From a virus: 64,000 bases of DNA. The DNA is taken from IMG/VR virus record IMGVR_UViG_3300028610_000246; one strand, written 5' to 3'. The notes under the pieces were generated by a model. That model was not told the origin of the DNA, made no database searches, and saw only the letters and a list, made by a program, of their open reading frames with translations. Each line of letters begins with the position of its first letter. Position 1 is the stretch's first letter. Shown piece by piece: positions 31,272-43,300 of this stretch. A program made the translations under genes and the position numbers.

Positions 31272-31798
31272 AAACGTATCTGAAAATATTGCATATACTC
31301 AGCTGGATTCCCATATTCGCTATAAACATAGTGCTATGGATCATGGGCATATTCGTAGTAAGCTGGTATGCTAGAGACCCTATGGATTCATGGCCTAAGT
31401 GGACATGGATTTGGCAAAATGACGAAGACCAGGGAGAACCACTCTGGTACGTGAAAAAATATCCCGACCGATCTCCATGGTTACGTCGATTTTTGTATAT
31501 GGCATTTCGTAATCCAGTCAATAACCATAGATTCATATTTGAAGATAAGACTACGTGGTATACTGATGGTGATCTTGATGCCTTCGATACAGAGGGTAGT
31601 GACCTAGTACGTCGTGGTATAGGTATGGCAGCCGGATGGCGTTGGGCTGGAGCGTTTGCAGGATATAGACGAATTTGGTTAAATAGTTCAATCAAGTACT
31701 CAGAGTTCTACATAGGGTGGAAGGTCGGATCTAGCGTTCCAGGACTCGGGTTCACATTCCAACTTAGGCTAAAACGTGACTTCATCAGGGGACTATAA
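31268..31798 (+). CDS. Trp-rich membrane-anchored hypothetical protein
   Basis: N-terminal TM segment, RNP motif; start probably 31268 (ATGA overlap). Confidence 0.6.
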   Translation: MKTYLKILHILSWIPIFAINIVLWIMGIFVVSWYARDPMDSWPKWTWIWQNDEDQGEPLWYVKKYPDRSPWLRRFLYMAFRNPVNNHRFIFEDKTTWYTDGDLDAFDTEGSDLVRRGIGMAAGWRWAGAFAGYRRIWLNSSIKYSEFYIGWKVGSSVPGLGFTFQLRLKRDFIRGL

Positions 31799-31800
31799 CC

Positions 31801-32310
31801 ATGGTCAACAAACTACTTAATAATCCACCACTAGTTCGGATAGTGATATACATACTCATAGCCATAATGTTACTCTGGTTATGGCTCGGTGAAAGGGCAG
31901 AGGCGGAAACAATTGTTGGCATTGGGCCCGCGTTTGTTTCTGGACATTACTCAGATACGCTGGCGATCACCATAAACGAGCGCTTCGGCGGACGTTGGGA
32001 AATCGGCCTCATGCTCGTTGGAGAACAGACCACTAAACACGATCAGTTCGTCGGTAACAACTTTGCCTTTGGCGCACGTTTGATTGTGCCATCGCCTAAG
32101 AAGCGATTTGAACTTGCCTTCGGTGGCTCAGTTTGGGCCGAACAAAATACTGTAGTCTCTTGCGAAAGCCGATTTACACTTACAATAGGCATAGCATGGA
32201 ACATTCGTCGCGGACCGTGGAATCTGGCGATAGACCATGCGTCGACTGCTGGAGTATGCAAACCAAATCCTGGACAGAACATACTATCGATCAGGAGAAA
32301 ATTCGGATGA
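31801..32310 (+). CDS. PagL-like (lipid A 3-O-deacylase/acyloxyacyl hydrolase) outer-membrane beta-barrel
   Basis: Signal peptide ending AEA, amphipathic strands, HASTAGVCKPNPGQN like the PagL HxSNAG..KPNxG motif, near-terminal Phe. Confidence 0.7.
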   Translation: MVNKLLNNPPLVRIVIYILIAIMLLWLWLGERAEAETIVGIGPAFVSGHYSDTLAITINERFGGRWEIGLMLVGEQTTKHDQFVGNNFAFGARLIVPSPKKRFELAFGGSVWAEQNTVVSCESRFTLTIGIAWNIRRGPWNLAIDHASTAGVCKPNPGQNILSIRRKFG

Positions 32311-32678
32311 GTAACTACGGAGAAAGTCTTGTACTAGACCTAATCGACTGCAATCCAGAGACGTTTACTCGCATAAACATCAAGATGTTGTGCTGTGGAC
32401 TTTGTGATATAATTGACATGGAACGGGAGGACCTATATTTTTGGGATTATGAGGGCGCGCAGGAAGAGTATCAAGAGGCTCCCGACCACCTGAAGGGGAC
32501 ATCTGCCGTTCAATTCATCCGTACTAGTAGTCTAGTAATTCACACTTTAGATGTTACACGTCAGGTATTCATAGACTTATTTTCTTGTAAAACATTCGAC
32601 CATAACGTTGTCGCAGAATATGTGACAGTATTTTTTGAGGGGAAGATCAATGCACAACATTCATTCACGCGCGGCTGA
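32307..32678 (+). CDS. speD: S-adenosylmethionine decarboxylase-like pyruvoyl proenzyme
   Basis: LVLDLIDC, GTSAVQFIRTSSLVIHT (cleavage site), IDLFSC; true start is MSNYG at 32307. Confidence 0.75.
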   Translation: MSNYGESLVLDLIDCNPETFTRINIKMLCCGLCDIIDMEREDLYFWDYEGAQEEYQEAPDHLKGTSAVQFIRTSSLVIHTLDVTRQVFIDLFSCKTFDHNVVAEYVTVFFEGKINAQHSFTRG

Positions 32679-33675
32679 TCTGGTAGGAGTTCTAATTATC
32701 CCTACAGGAGTCGGCGCTGCTATAGGCGGCCATGCTGGCGATGCTACGCCTGTGGCTAAGTTACTGGCGGCCTGTTGTGATTGGCTGATCGTTCATCCAA
32801 ACGTAGTCAATGCATCTGACATAAACGAAATGCCTATAAATGCACTCTATGTAGACGGCTACACTCTCGATCAAGTACTATCTGGCAAAGAAGGGCTTAA
32901 AAAATGTCAGCGCCAGAATACGATTCTAGTAGTGGCTAATGATCCGATACATGGCAGTACCGTTAACGCAATTAATGCAGCACGTACGACTATAGGTGCT
33001 GACATACAGCTAATTGCACTCAAAACTCCTTTGACCATGAGTGCACATATTGATACAGACGGAACTGCATCTGGCGTCGTAACTGGAGTTGATGAGTTAG
33101 TAGAGCAGCTCAAATCTCTAGAATATGACGCGTTAGCTATTCATACCCCAATTATTTGTTCAACAGACGTAGAAAAATATTATTGGGACAATGGCGGAGT
33201 GAATCCATGGGGCGGAGTAGAGGCCAGAGCGTCTAGAATGATATCCACAAGGATTCGAAAGCCAGTAGCACATGCACCACTAGACCTTGAAGATAAGCCG
33301 GAGTTTAGAAACTTATACTGTCAATCAGTAGATCCACGTATGGCAGCAGAAGTAATATCTAACTGCTTTTTACACTGCGTCCTAAAAGGATTGCATGACT
33401 GTCCTTTGCCTACAAATTATATACCAGAGGCTGATTGGACGATAAGTGATATTGATTTCATCGTTACTCCCTTCAATGCTTACCCTAATGATGCTTTATT
33501 TGTAGTGAAGAGAGGTGCTAGACTGATTCGAGTAGCTGAAAATATAACAGTATTTGACGATATGCCGTATCTACCTGGAGGAGAGAGCGTAGCGAATTAC
33601 TTAGAAGCTGCAGGGTTAATTGTGTGCATGAGAGCTGGCATAACATCAGATTCAGTACGCTTATTAACTCGATAG
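32650..33675 (+). CDS. DUF3326-family protein
   Basis: LIIPTGVGAAIGGHAGDA, HPNVVNA, NPWGGVEA, AAEVI, NYLEAAG; likely start 32650. Confidence 0.75.
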   Translation: MHNIHSRAADLVGVLIIPTGVGAAIGGHAGDATPVAKLLAACCDWLIVHPNVVNASDINEMPINALYVDGYTLDQVLSGKEGLKKCQRQNTILVVANDPIHGSTVNAINAARTTIGADIQLIALKTPLTMSAHIDTDGTASGVVTGVDELVEQLKSLEYDALAIHTPIICSTDVEKYYWDNGGVNPWGGVEARASRMISTRIRKPVAHAPLDLEDKPEFRNLYCQSVDPRMAAEVISNCFLHCVLKGLHDCPLPTNYIPEADWTISDIDFIVTPFNAYPNDALFVVKRGARLIRVAENITVFDDMPYLPGGESVANYLEAAGLIVCMRAGITSDSVRLLTR

Positions 33676-33683
33676 GAATAAAT

Positions 33684-34455
33684 ATGAGCGAATTTCCGAT
33701 AACAAAGCATTTTACTATTCGAGTCAAAGATTTTATTAAGAGATTAGAGGAGCTCGATCCAGAAGCACATATTATGACACAGTTAGTACCAACTGAGGGT
33801 GATAGTGCTTGGAGTATGTGGCTTGATCTTAGTGACGAAATTGAGCACTTTAAATGGGATGCGCCAGTACATCAACTAAAGGTGTGGCATCCTGAGTTTA
33901 CACACCTACCTAAGGAATAAATATGAGTGAGTGTAGTCATGATTCACGTTTTAGTGGAGTATTCTTTTTACCGAAAGAAGATAATGGCTGTATAGCTTGT
34001 GCTCTTGAGCGCGCGTCTAATGAGATTAAAAATGCTTATATGACAGGATTTTATAACGGACAATCAAATATCATACAAGGTTCTCCGCTCGATAGCAAGT
34101 TTGGTTTTGAACAGTATCAAAAAGATCCTACAAAACAAGATAGACTAGATATTACTTATGACGATGGTTTTATGGGCACATCTAACCCCAGTGACTAAGA
34201 AAAATTAGAGGATTAAAAATGAGTGAGGATTCAATGTATAGAAAGAAGCTATTTGCCATACTTGAAGGTTATGGTATGATGAAGATCGAGCAGTATGCTC
34301 TATTCGGCGGTATAGTCAACGAGCTACAACGTGAATCTAACGTTAAGATTGGAAAGATGAAGCGAACAGTCTCGTTAGCAGAAGACGTACTAAGATCTCA
34401 TACCGAATTAGGTAAGGCACTGGAGGCTTTATCGACTGAACTAGACTCTACTTGA
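33684..34455 (+). CDS. Three small hypothetical genes (33684-33920, 33923-34198, 34219-34455)
   Basis: ORFs with AGGA RBSs. Confidence 0.6.
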
Positions 34456-34626
34456 CGATAGGTATTTTTCTGGGATACGCCTTAAAAATACGAAGGTCCA
34501 ACGTATTATCTAGATCTACTAATTTTCTTACATATAAATACCTAAGATCGGCCCTCGCTCGAGGGCCTTCTATCTTAGGACTACCTTTAGACTGCTCTAT
34601 CTTATAGATTACGTTGTAGTTCTGCG

Positions 34627-34944
34627 TCATACTACGGTAACAGTCATAGTCTGAACACCTTTAGGATTAGAGAAAGGGACATTTGCTGGTCTGACCTCCG
34701 GACTCGACTCATTGCCCTTCGTATCTACTACGATACATCTAAATTCCCAATCACCTGGGTCCATATCAAGTACGTTCACCTCTTGAGGCGCCGTTGGAGC
34801 TATCCTAGGAGGAATGGGAGTCCATGTAGGTGCACCGACAACCCTAAACGAAACATCTACACCCGCAATTTCTTCTACAGGTAAAGGACGATTATTCTCT
34901 CTTTCAACAGGGAGAGTCCATTTTACTAATACATCACCACTCAT
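34627..34944 (-). CDS. Fibronectin type III-like protein
   Basis: VKWTLP...Y/F...GDWEFRCIVVD..GNES. Confidence 0.65.
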   Translation of the reverse strand: MSGDVLVKWTLPVERENNRPLPVEEIAGVDVSFRVVGAPTWTPIPPRIAPTAPQEVNVLDMDPGDWEFRCIVVDTKGNESSPEVRPANVPFSNPKGVQTMTVTVV

Positions 34945-35056
34945 TCTATCACCTCTATAGTCATACTCGTTATTGGCTTAGGTCGATTACGTCTCTTATC
35001 CGAACCTTGCAACCTTAACAGGGTCCTTACGTACTGAATAAATGCCTTTATACAGA

Positions 35057-35623
35057 TCATTCGCAAGAGGCTACTACTACTGTCGACCTGACTGATCCGA
35101 ACCATGATTCTACCTTGTCGACGGGAACTACGTGACGTTTATCGACCTCGTTAATTCCACGTATGTATTGATCTGGATCGCATGGCGACCCTATGGGTGC
35201 AGTGCCTACTGCAGACATCAGCAGTATATCGTCACCCTTCGATATCGAGTACACAGTCTGCTCGATCGTCAGCATAGTTGGTGGCATCGGTACTAGCGGC
35301 GGTATAGTCTTAACAGCCTCATTGGAAAAATCACTTTCTTGTACAGGATTCGCACTGTTATAGGCAGTCGATACGAAGTAGTACGTATCACCCTCAGTCA
35401 AGTTTGGTATTGTAAGTGTCGTTACCGTAGGATCAGTTATATCTATTGTTACTGGATACGGACCGCCCAGTGTCTGGCCCATATAGATCTTGAACCCTGC
35501 AAGGTCCGTTAGGGGCGTACCGTCAGTATTTTGTATCGGTGCTACCCAATTTAATACGACTTCACCTGCATGCACCATAGAAGGTAATAGGTATAGTAAT
35601 ACGATAATTAGCTTATTCATCAT
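35057..35623 (-). CDS. Fibronectin type III-like protein with signal peptide
   Basis: Signal ending VHA; LNWVAP..NTDGTPLTDLAGFKIY...YYFVSTAY..ESDFSN. Confidence 0.7.
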   Translation of the reverse strand: MMNKLIIVLLYLLPSMVHAGEVVLNWVAPIQNTDGTPLTDLAGFKIYMGQTLGGPYPVTIDITDPTVTTLTIPNLTEGDTYYFVSTAYNSANPVQESDFSNEAVKTIPPLVPMPPTMLTIEQTVYSISKGDDILLMSAVGTAPIGSPCDPDQYIRGINEVDKRHVVPVDKVESWFGSVRSTVVVASCE

Positions 35624-37283
35624 TATCTCTTCTCAATAAATGTTTCCAAATATCTTCCAACTTATCTCGTATCTTACTGTGCTGCTCATCCATCTTACGA
35701 TGCATTTCACCATGTGCCTTAGAATTTTCTTCATCTAACTTATCTAATTTTTCATCTTGTCTAGATTCAATACAGTACCACCACCGAATAAAACCAGAAA
35801 TCATGGCTAATAAGATGATGACTACTATGCCTATCACCCATTGTACCCAGCTTTCAGTCATCATTATGCCCAGCCAATAATCGTAACGTAGCCTTGACGT
35901 CACCGTTTAATTCTCTAATAGCATCACCATTGGCTTTAACACTGGCCTCAACGTCCTTTACATTATCTACAAGAACCGCTAAACTAGTGTTACCTGTCTC
36001 TATAGCAATACCCTCTTGAATCTTCTTTTCAATCCATAACTCAGAATATGCGAATAACGCTACAGCTACTACGGAATATATTGGCCACCCTGCTAGTAGA
36101 CGCTCTACAAGAGTGCCTACGTTCTTAGCTGCTTCATTTTCAGAGGTCATCTTCAATCTCCTGCTCAACAATTTTTTCGTATATCTTGTTAAATGCAGCC
36201 GCTTTTTCTGCTTCTTCTACTTTATGAATTTCTTGCTTTTCTTTCAGTTCTTCAAATTCTTTAATTTTAGATTCACGAGAATCTAACTCATCTTCTAACG
36301 AATCTATCTTGTTCTGCTGCTGAGCTATACGATACTCAATCTGTTTCTGCTGCTCTTCATACTCTTCCTGAGTTATGTCGGCCATCAACCATCGCTCGTC
36401 ATACTTAGCAGCTCTGTCGTAAATTTCTCCAAGGTCCGGAGATACGTCGATTAAACCTAATTCTACTAGTGATAAATGATCGAATTCCATACATATCTCA
36501 TTACCCCAATTCTTACGAATTGTCTTTATACTACACATAAACATATACGCAGTAAATACATGACTATTCTGCTGTGCTTCTTCTGCAGCCTTCCAAAGAT
36601 CACACGTAGGTGTCCATGATCTTGGAATGGGTACGCCCAGAGCCCAAGCACCCGACGTATTGGCACCACTTATACCGAATACTCGTCCACACGCCTCTAC
36701 CTGATTAGTCTGATGTAGGTATATGCTGGGCACCTGCCTTGTCTCATTAAAGGCAATGCTCTGTTCATTACCAGTATTGACGGCACTAGATGTAGAGCTC
36801 TGACTTTGACTCTGATCTTGATCTTGATTTTGATCTTGATCTTGAACTTGTTCGCTACTACTCCCTATAATATCATCATGGCCACATTGACGATGCCCTC
36901 TGCGACAATCGTCATCATACTCTTCAGCCCAAATAAACGGGCTGAAGAGTAACAATACCACAAATAATTTATTCACTTGGAGACCCTTCACCATTCGCTC
37001 CCGGAGTTGGCGGTGGTGATAATGGTTTTAAACTTACTGGAGCACCTTGTAAACCATTTGGATCAGTATCAATTCCAAATTCACCTGACGCCAATGCTCT
37101 AAGTAACCACTTTAAGTCTACAATACCATCAGAATATTTAATAGGTGCATTCACAGTTTCATCAGTCAAGAACTGTATACCTCCCTGAATAGCACGAAGA
37201 ATCTTCTGCTGAGTTATTTGATTCTGCATCTGACGCTGTTGTGGTGATAATTGTTGTTGTACTTGCTCTGCTGGTCGATTCAT
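35613..37283 (-). CDS. Membrane, secreted and hypothetical genes (35613-35903 and 35854-36171 TM+coiled coil; 36140-36994 signal peptide; 36969-37283)
   Basis: Hydrophobic N-terminal segments; a QD repeat in 36140-36994. Confidence 0.6.
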
Positions 37284-37368
37284 TTCATTTACCTCTTTGT
37301 CATTAATTATCTTAGATTATCTTTCTCTTTTTCATCAGTATAAAAATCATACGGGTACTCTTTTCATA

Positions 37369-40300
37369 CTAAACGAAAGCTATTTGATGATCAACTCCAT
37401 CTTCACCTGTAAACCATAATTCGATTGGATTAGTGTTTTTCATCCAAATTTGTCCATATGCTGTAACATCAGTATCTGCCGCCGCCTGCTCTCGCAAGAA
37501 CAATGAGCCTTGATTAGAAAATCTCGCCTCTACAATAAGGCCGGGTTCCCAGACATTAAACGAACCGTCATCACTAAAGCCTGCGTAGCCTTTAATTCCA
37601 TCTGTATTTGAAAATGCTATTGCGGAACCACCAGTTGTACTGATGCGATTGACCTGCAATGCAGCACCAAAAGCAGAGTCACTAAAAGTCCAGAGATCGG
37701 TTATTGTTTCTTGTACTGTTTTATCAACAAGATCACCTTCGGTGATACCGCCAAAGGAATCAGCAGTAACAGCCGTTGGAAAATTGATTCCATCAATCAC
37801 AGCGCCAGTACGAGAAACGTCAAATACACTATTACTTACAGACGTTGCATCATTCCATGCTCTAAGTCTAAAGGTCTCAGCGTCCGCCTGAATTGACCAT
37901 AACTGATTATCTGCCGCTGCATCGGTTTCATCAAACCACAGACGCGGTGTAACTGCTTGGAACGTATATGCAGTACCAGAGAACGTTTCTGCGACTGTCT
38001 TATCTATTAAGTTCGCCTCAAGAATAGCCCCGTAAGACGTAGCCGTAATTGCATCGAAGTCTGCATCGACTGTACCAGCGGCTATATCTGCAAAGCCAGT
38101 GATGTTCCATGTCGTACCACCAATAGTGTCGGCTAAGGTAAAATCAGTGCTTACATTATCGTAGTCAAAGCGAACGTCACTGCCACTACCGAACCTAAGC
38201 TGGGTGCCATCAACAAAGATAAAAGGATTACCTGACTGAAAGTTGATCCCGGAGAATGTCCAACCACCGCTGATTGATGCGTCAGCAATCTTACTAACTA
38301 GGTTTGCTTCTAGTATTCCACCGTAGCTAGTACCAGTTATTGCATCAAAGTCAGCATCAACCGCTCCAGCTTTAATTGCCGTAATGCCCGATATGTTCCA
38401 ATCGACGGTGGCGGCGTGGGTAGTATTTACATCTGTGCCGTCATGACGTGTTATCTGCGCTCCAGACCCACTGTCTATAACCTTAAATCCACGGCCTGGT
38501 GGAGCAACAATGTCTCCAGTTAAACCCGTGATATTTAAGTCAGCCGTACCAGTGATCGCCCAGTTTAGGTCTGTAGCTGAGAGGTCTATAGCAGACTTCT
38601 GCGAGCGTGTGTCATTGAAAAGATCAAATGAACCGTCTTGTCTGAACCAGTAGCCCACCTCCTCCACGATGCGCCATTCAGTTGAACTGACACGACGCAG
38701 AGTTAGCTTGGCCCCAATCTCATTAGAGTCGATAGACTTACCAACACCTGCGCTACCTGGCTGTATATTACTAGAACCGTCAGGAGTAATACGTAGAAGT
38801 TGTGCGGCCTTAACTTCAAAAGTAATTAACGGCCAACCCGTGGGCAGAGCGTCTAGAGTAACTACTACTGTTGCGACAGCACCCTCATTAGTAACTGTAC
38901 GAACGTAGTTCGACCAACCCTGCGTATAGCTGATAGTCGCGTCATGCTGAATTAGCCCCCGTATATCCTCGACGTTACCCGTTGCGTTAAAGTCAACCAT
39001 TTGATTGCCGTCGGGCTGTCCTTCGCCATTAAGTAGCGAAAAGTCAACGTCCAGAATAATGTCTGACCCTACCGTTCTAACGTCATCCACAAATAAATAA
39101 TTAGTAACAAGCGGCGTTTCTCTATCGTCGATAACCTCTGCGTCGGTAATTCGTACATTACCAAGATTCGCGGCTCCAGTATCCGGGGCGGGTGCGTACA
39201 CAATAAATGCGGCGCCCAACGATGCCGACGTAGACCCTACAGAGTTCGGACGGATTGCTTTCGGATGCTCTATCTCAATGAGTGGGCCGAGGGCATCATA
39301 GTTACGGGAGACAAACATGAAATTTGCGGTGTCTATTCCAACTGGATTGATAACTTTAATAGACCCCGTTATACGACTGCCCACAGTAAAAGATTGTTTT
39401 ACATTAAGATTACCTACCGACAAGGCGATTGGAGATTCGATATCTACGGGATTCTGCACTACAATGTTGACTGTGGACATGAAATTATAGCTGTCTCCTA
39501 CGTCCCAATCATTATCTGTTCCGCCCGTGAGTACGGCAGTTATTGTGGTTGCGGTATTTGCCGTGATAGGACCAGAGCTGCCGTCGTCCAGATTCACAAT
39601 AACTCGCCCCACAAACTCGTTTGTGGCCCACGACTCACCACTGTCGCTTAATGTGGCAGCACTTGCTCCACCGTCATGTGTGCCAATAGCCTCTGGGAAA
39701 TTATGAATATCAATTATAAGACCTGCACCCGTGTTACTTTTAGTATGGATGTCGTTCAGTACAATACCCTCAAGCAGATCGTAGGAACTGTTGGGTTCTA
39801 TGTCTAGGCCAAATTCAGGGGCAGTGCCTGCACTATTTCTTAGAACTGCACCATTCACAACAATATCTTTACCAGCAGTAATAGATAACCCACCACGTCT
39901 ATTATCATCTGCCGAAATATTTTCAAGGTATATATTGGAACAATTTCTAGTAGTTGCACCATTACCAATTGTAAAGCCGTCTCCACCAGATTTGTTTGCG
40001 GCTACATCCCGTATCGTTATATTATTTGCACCACGTAACGCAAAAATGTGTCGGAATTCTCCTGTAACAGGCTTAGTGATATACTCCCAAACTGAATTAT
40101 TTCCTTCGATGGAGCAATTCCCAACATCTCTGTATCGCATCCAGCCTCTGTCGGCAGTCATTCCTGTATTCCGCATCGTAACACCGGCGTCACAAAGAAT
40201 GTGCGTATTAGCTCCTACAAGAACACCGTCGGTTGCCTCAATGGCAGATGTCCATTGATAAATACCTGCGGGAACGCGAATAGTGAAACCACCAGCGATC

Positions 40301-43300
40301 AAAATGGCATTGAATGCAGCGGTGTTGTCTGTTGCGTCATCCCCAACGACACCGTACCGGAACATATGACCGACCGGATAGTGATAGTCAGTGATGGTCA
40401 GGCTTGCTGCTGTCTCTTCGGTAGTCTCAGGAAAAAGTGGTGCTACCGGGAAGTCTGTTCCAAGATCGTTAGTAAACCAAAGCTCATTTGCTGACCCTAC
40501 AATCTTGACCCATGGTTGCCCATACGCTAGGGTGTCTGCACCCGCAGATACCCTTTCTTTAATCTTGACGAGTCCGTCGAAATCCCAATTGCCAGTTATC
40601 GTTTCGATCGCACTCTTATCTAGTAAATTGCCTTCAGTAATTCCACCATAGCTAAGAGCAGTAATAGCTCCAGTAGAACTAATCTTAGCACTAACTTCCT
40701 CCACCCAGGCACTACCATTCCATCGAACTGTATTGTCAACTCCTGTACCATCAGCAATACCAACACCTATCATCGACTTACTAACTCCATTGATCCTAAT
40801 GAATGCATCAGTAGCCGTAACCCATATATCACCCTGTACTGGTACTGTAGGAGCTATACCTGTCGGGATATTAAATCCAGCACGTACAGTCGTACTATCA
40901 TCAGTAACCAAACGTCCCGAATGAGTCCAGAGACCACTTATAGTCTCACTAGCAGCAACACGAGCTAATATCGCAGCATCTGTAATTTGAGATTCTAAGA
41001 TAGTCAATGCTGCCTCATGAGCAATCACAGTCGCTTCGGGAACAATTGTAATGCCACTAAAGGTCCAATTACCGGCTATCGCTTCAATAGCACTTTTATC
41101 GACGAGATCAGCATTCGCTATACCGGCAATTAATGTAGCACTAAAATCAGCTGTAACAGCATTGAATGTAAGACCGGCATTCGTCTTAGGCCCAAGATTA
41201 CCTGTAGGAGCAGTAACAAATAACGGAAATGATGTTGTGTCGACTACTTCGTTTGCTACTGTAATTAATGTAGGTACTGCTCCCGCCAAAAGATCCTGTG
41301 TAGCCCCATTAATACGCGCAAAAATACTCGCTGTTGTTGTCCACATATCCCCATTAACAGGCACAGTTGGTGCTACACCGTGTGGCAAACGAAATCCTGC
41401 TGCTGTTGCATCTGATGCATCAGTAATTAATAGTGCGGAGTGAGTCCATACACCACTAATAGTTTCTGTACTAGCGAGACGCGCTAAAATTGAACCGTCC
41501 GTTATTTGGGATTCCAATATAGCTAGTGCTGCCTCGTGTGATGTGATTGTGACCTCGGGAACAGTAGTAGTACCACTAAAGGTCCATGCTCCAGTAATTA
41601 ACTCTATTGCACCTTTATCAACCAGGTCTATTTCAGTAATACCACCGTATGATTGAGCAGTAAGATCACCAGATATATCAAATGCCGCCGTAATGAAATT
41701 AAGCGTATTAATATTCATACCTGATCTATTTATGACCAAGAAATTGAGCGTAGCACTTTCAGCGTCATTTTCAGCTCTAAATATTAATTGTCCACCAGAC
41801 GCTAGAATGTTCCAACGCTTTTCGTCAAGAATAGCGTCAGTCTCATTAAACCGTATTTTAGGAACCAATCCCTCAAATGTATATGTGTTAGTTATCGTCT
41901 CTACGGCCGTCTTATCAAGCAAGTTACCCTCAATAATTCCACCGTAGCTCAAAGCAGTAATAGCTCCAATTGAACTAATTCGAGCACTAGATTCTTCTAT
42001 CCATGCAGAACCGCTCCAACGAAGTGTGTTATCAGTCCCTGTACCATCAGCGATACCACCAACACCGAGCTGATGATCAGCACCACCATCATCAGTGAAC
42101 CAGAGGGTGTTAGGCACGTCGTTCTTAACCCATACTACACCATCACCTGCGCTAGGAAGAGCCGGAACTGCAGTATCTTCTTCGATATAGACACCTGCAC
42201 CACCGCCAACTCTCGAGACTCGTATACCAAAATCAACTGTCGCGAATCGAACACCACCAGTGTAAAATAGTGTAACAGCACCATCAGGATCATGTGTGTA
42301 CCCAGTAGATAAGCCACCTAGTGCTGTAGTTGCTCGCCATCGAGTGGTTTGACCTCGAACATTGTTCGTAATTCCGCCAATGGCCCCGCTACCAAAGTCC
42401 AAAGCACCCCAAACAACGGTATCATCACTGTTCGTAAATACGAAAGTATTCGAGCCATTATCACTTGATACAGGCGGATTAGAGCCAACTATACTACCAC
42501 GTGCCTCTAATTGAGCTGCTGAAATCGCTACTAACTTGTCATTACCTCCTACCCTTAATCTATCTGTATCTCCTACTGTCGGTACAGCCCAAACACCATC
42601 AGCCCGTAAGAAGTTAGTACTGCCACCACCTGACAATGGAGCTAATCCCTTAAGACCAGATGTAAAAACATCAAGTAGTACAGTGGCCTGTGTACCTGTA
42701 AGTTCCTCACCATCACCAGCACCTGTAGTAGTTCTAGCCAAGAATCTGTCTGTTGCCGCAAACGCTACATCGGCTGCTACGAATCGTCGACTCTCCCAAT
42801 CTACACCATCTGCGATTAACACATTTCGATTGGTGGGTGTAGAGGTGTTTACATCAGAAAGCTCACTAAGTTCACCAGCACCAGCGCCTATATTTTCTGT
42901 CCAAGTGCCATCCGATTGCAGAACTTTACCAGAATCAGTAGACGTATCTGATTCAGGCACTAGTCCAGCCTGAACCTTATTCGTAGGACCTGAACCAACA
43001 GTAGTACCAAATGATTGTGAAGTTTGAAATACGAATATAGAGTCAATTTCTATTTCTTCTTCAGTAGTAGGGCTCTGATCAAACCAATCAACCCTAAACA
43101 TCCAATACTGAGCATCTACATTACCGTCAGTTTCTACATGAATAGTACTTTCTTGCCATGTAGTACCTGTTACAGCGAATGTCGTAAAGGTAGAATTTGC
43201 TTGAGCCCCTATAGATCCACCTCTAGGTAAATCAAACCCTAACATCCTCCAAACTAATCCAGAAAACGTATTAACTCCGTTGTTTCTCCATCTAATCTTT

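Noticed and set aside
34448-34630. Minus-strand 60-aa ORF at the convergence point
   Set aside because: No recognisable features; may be real but is unsupported
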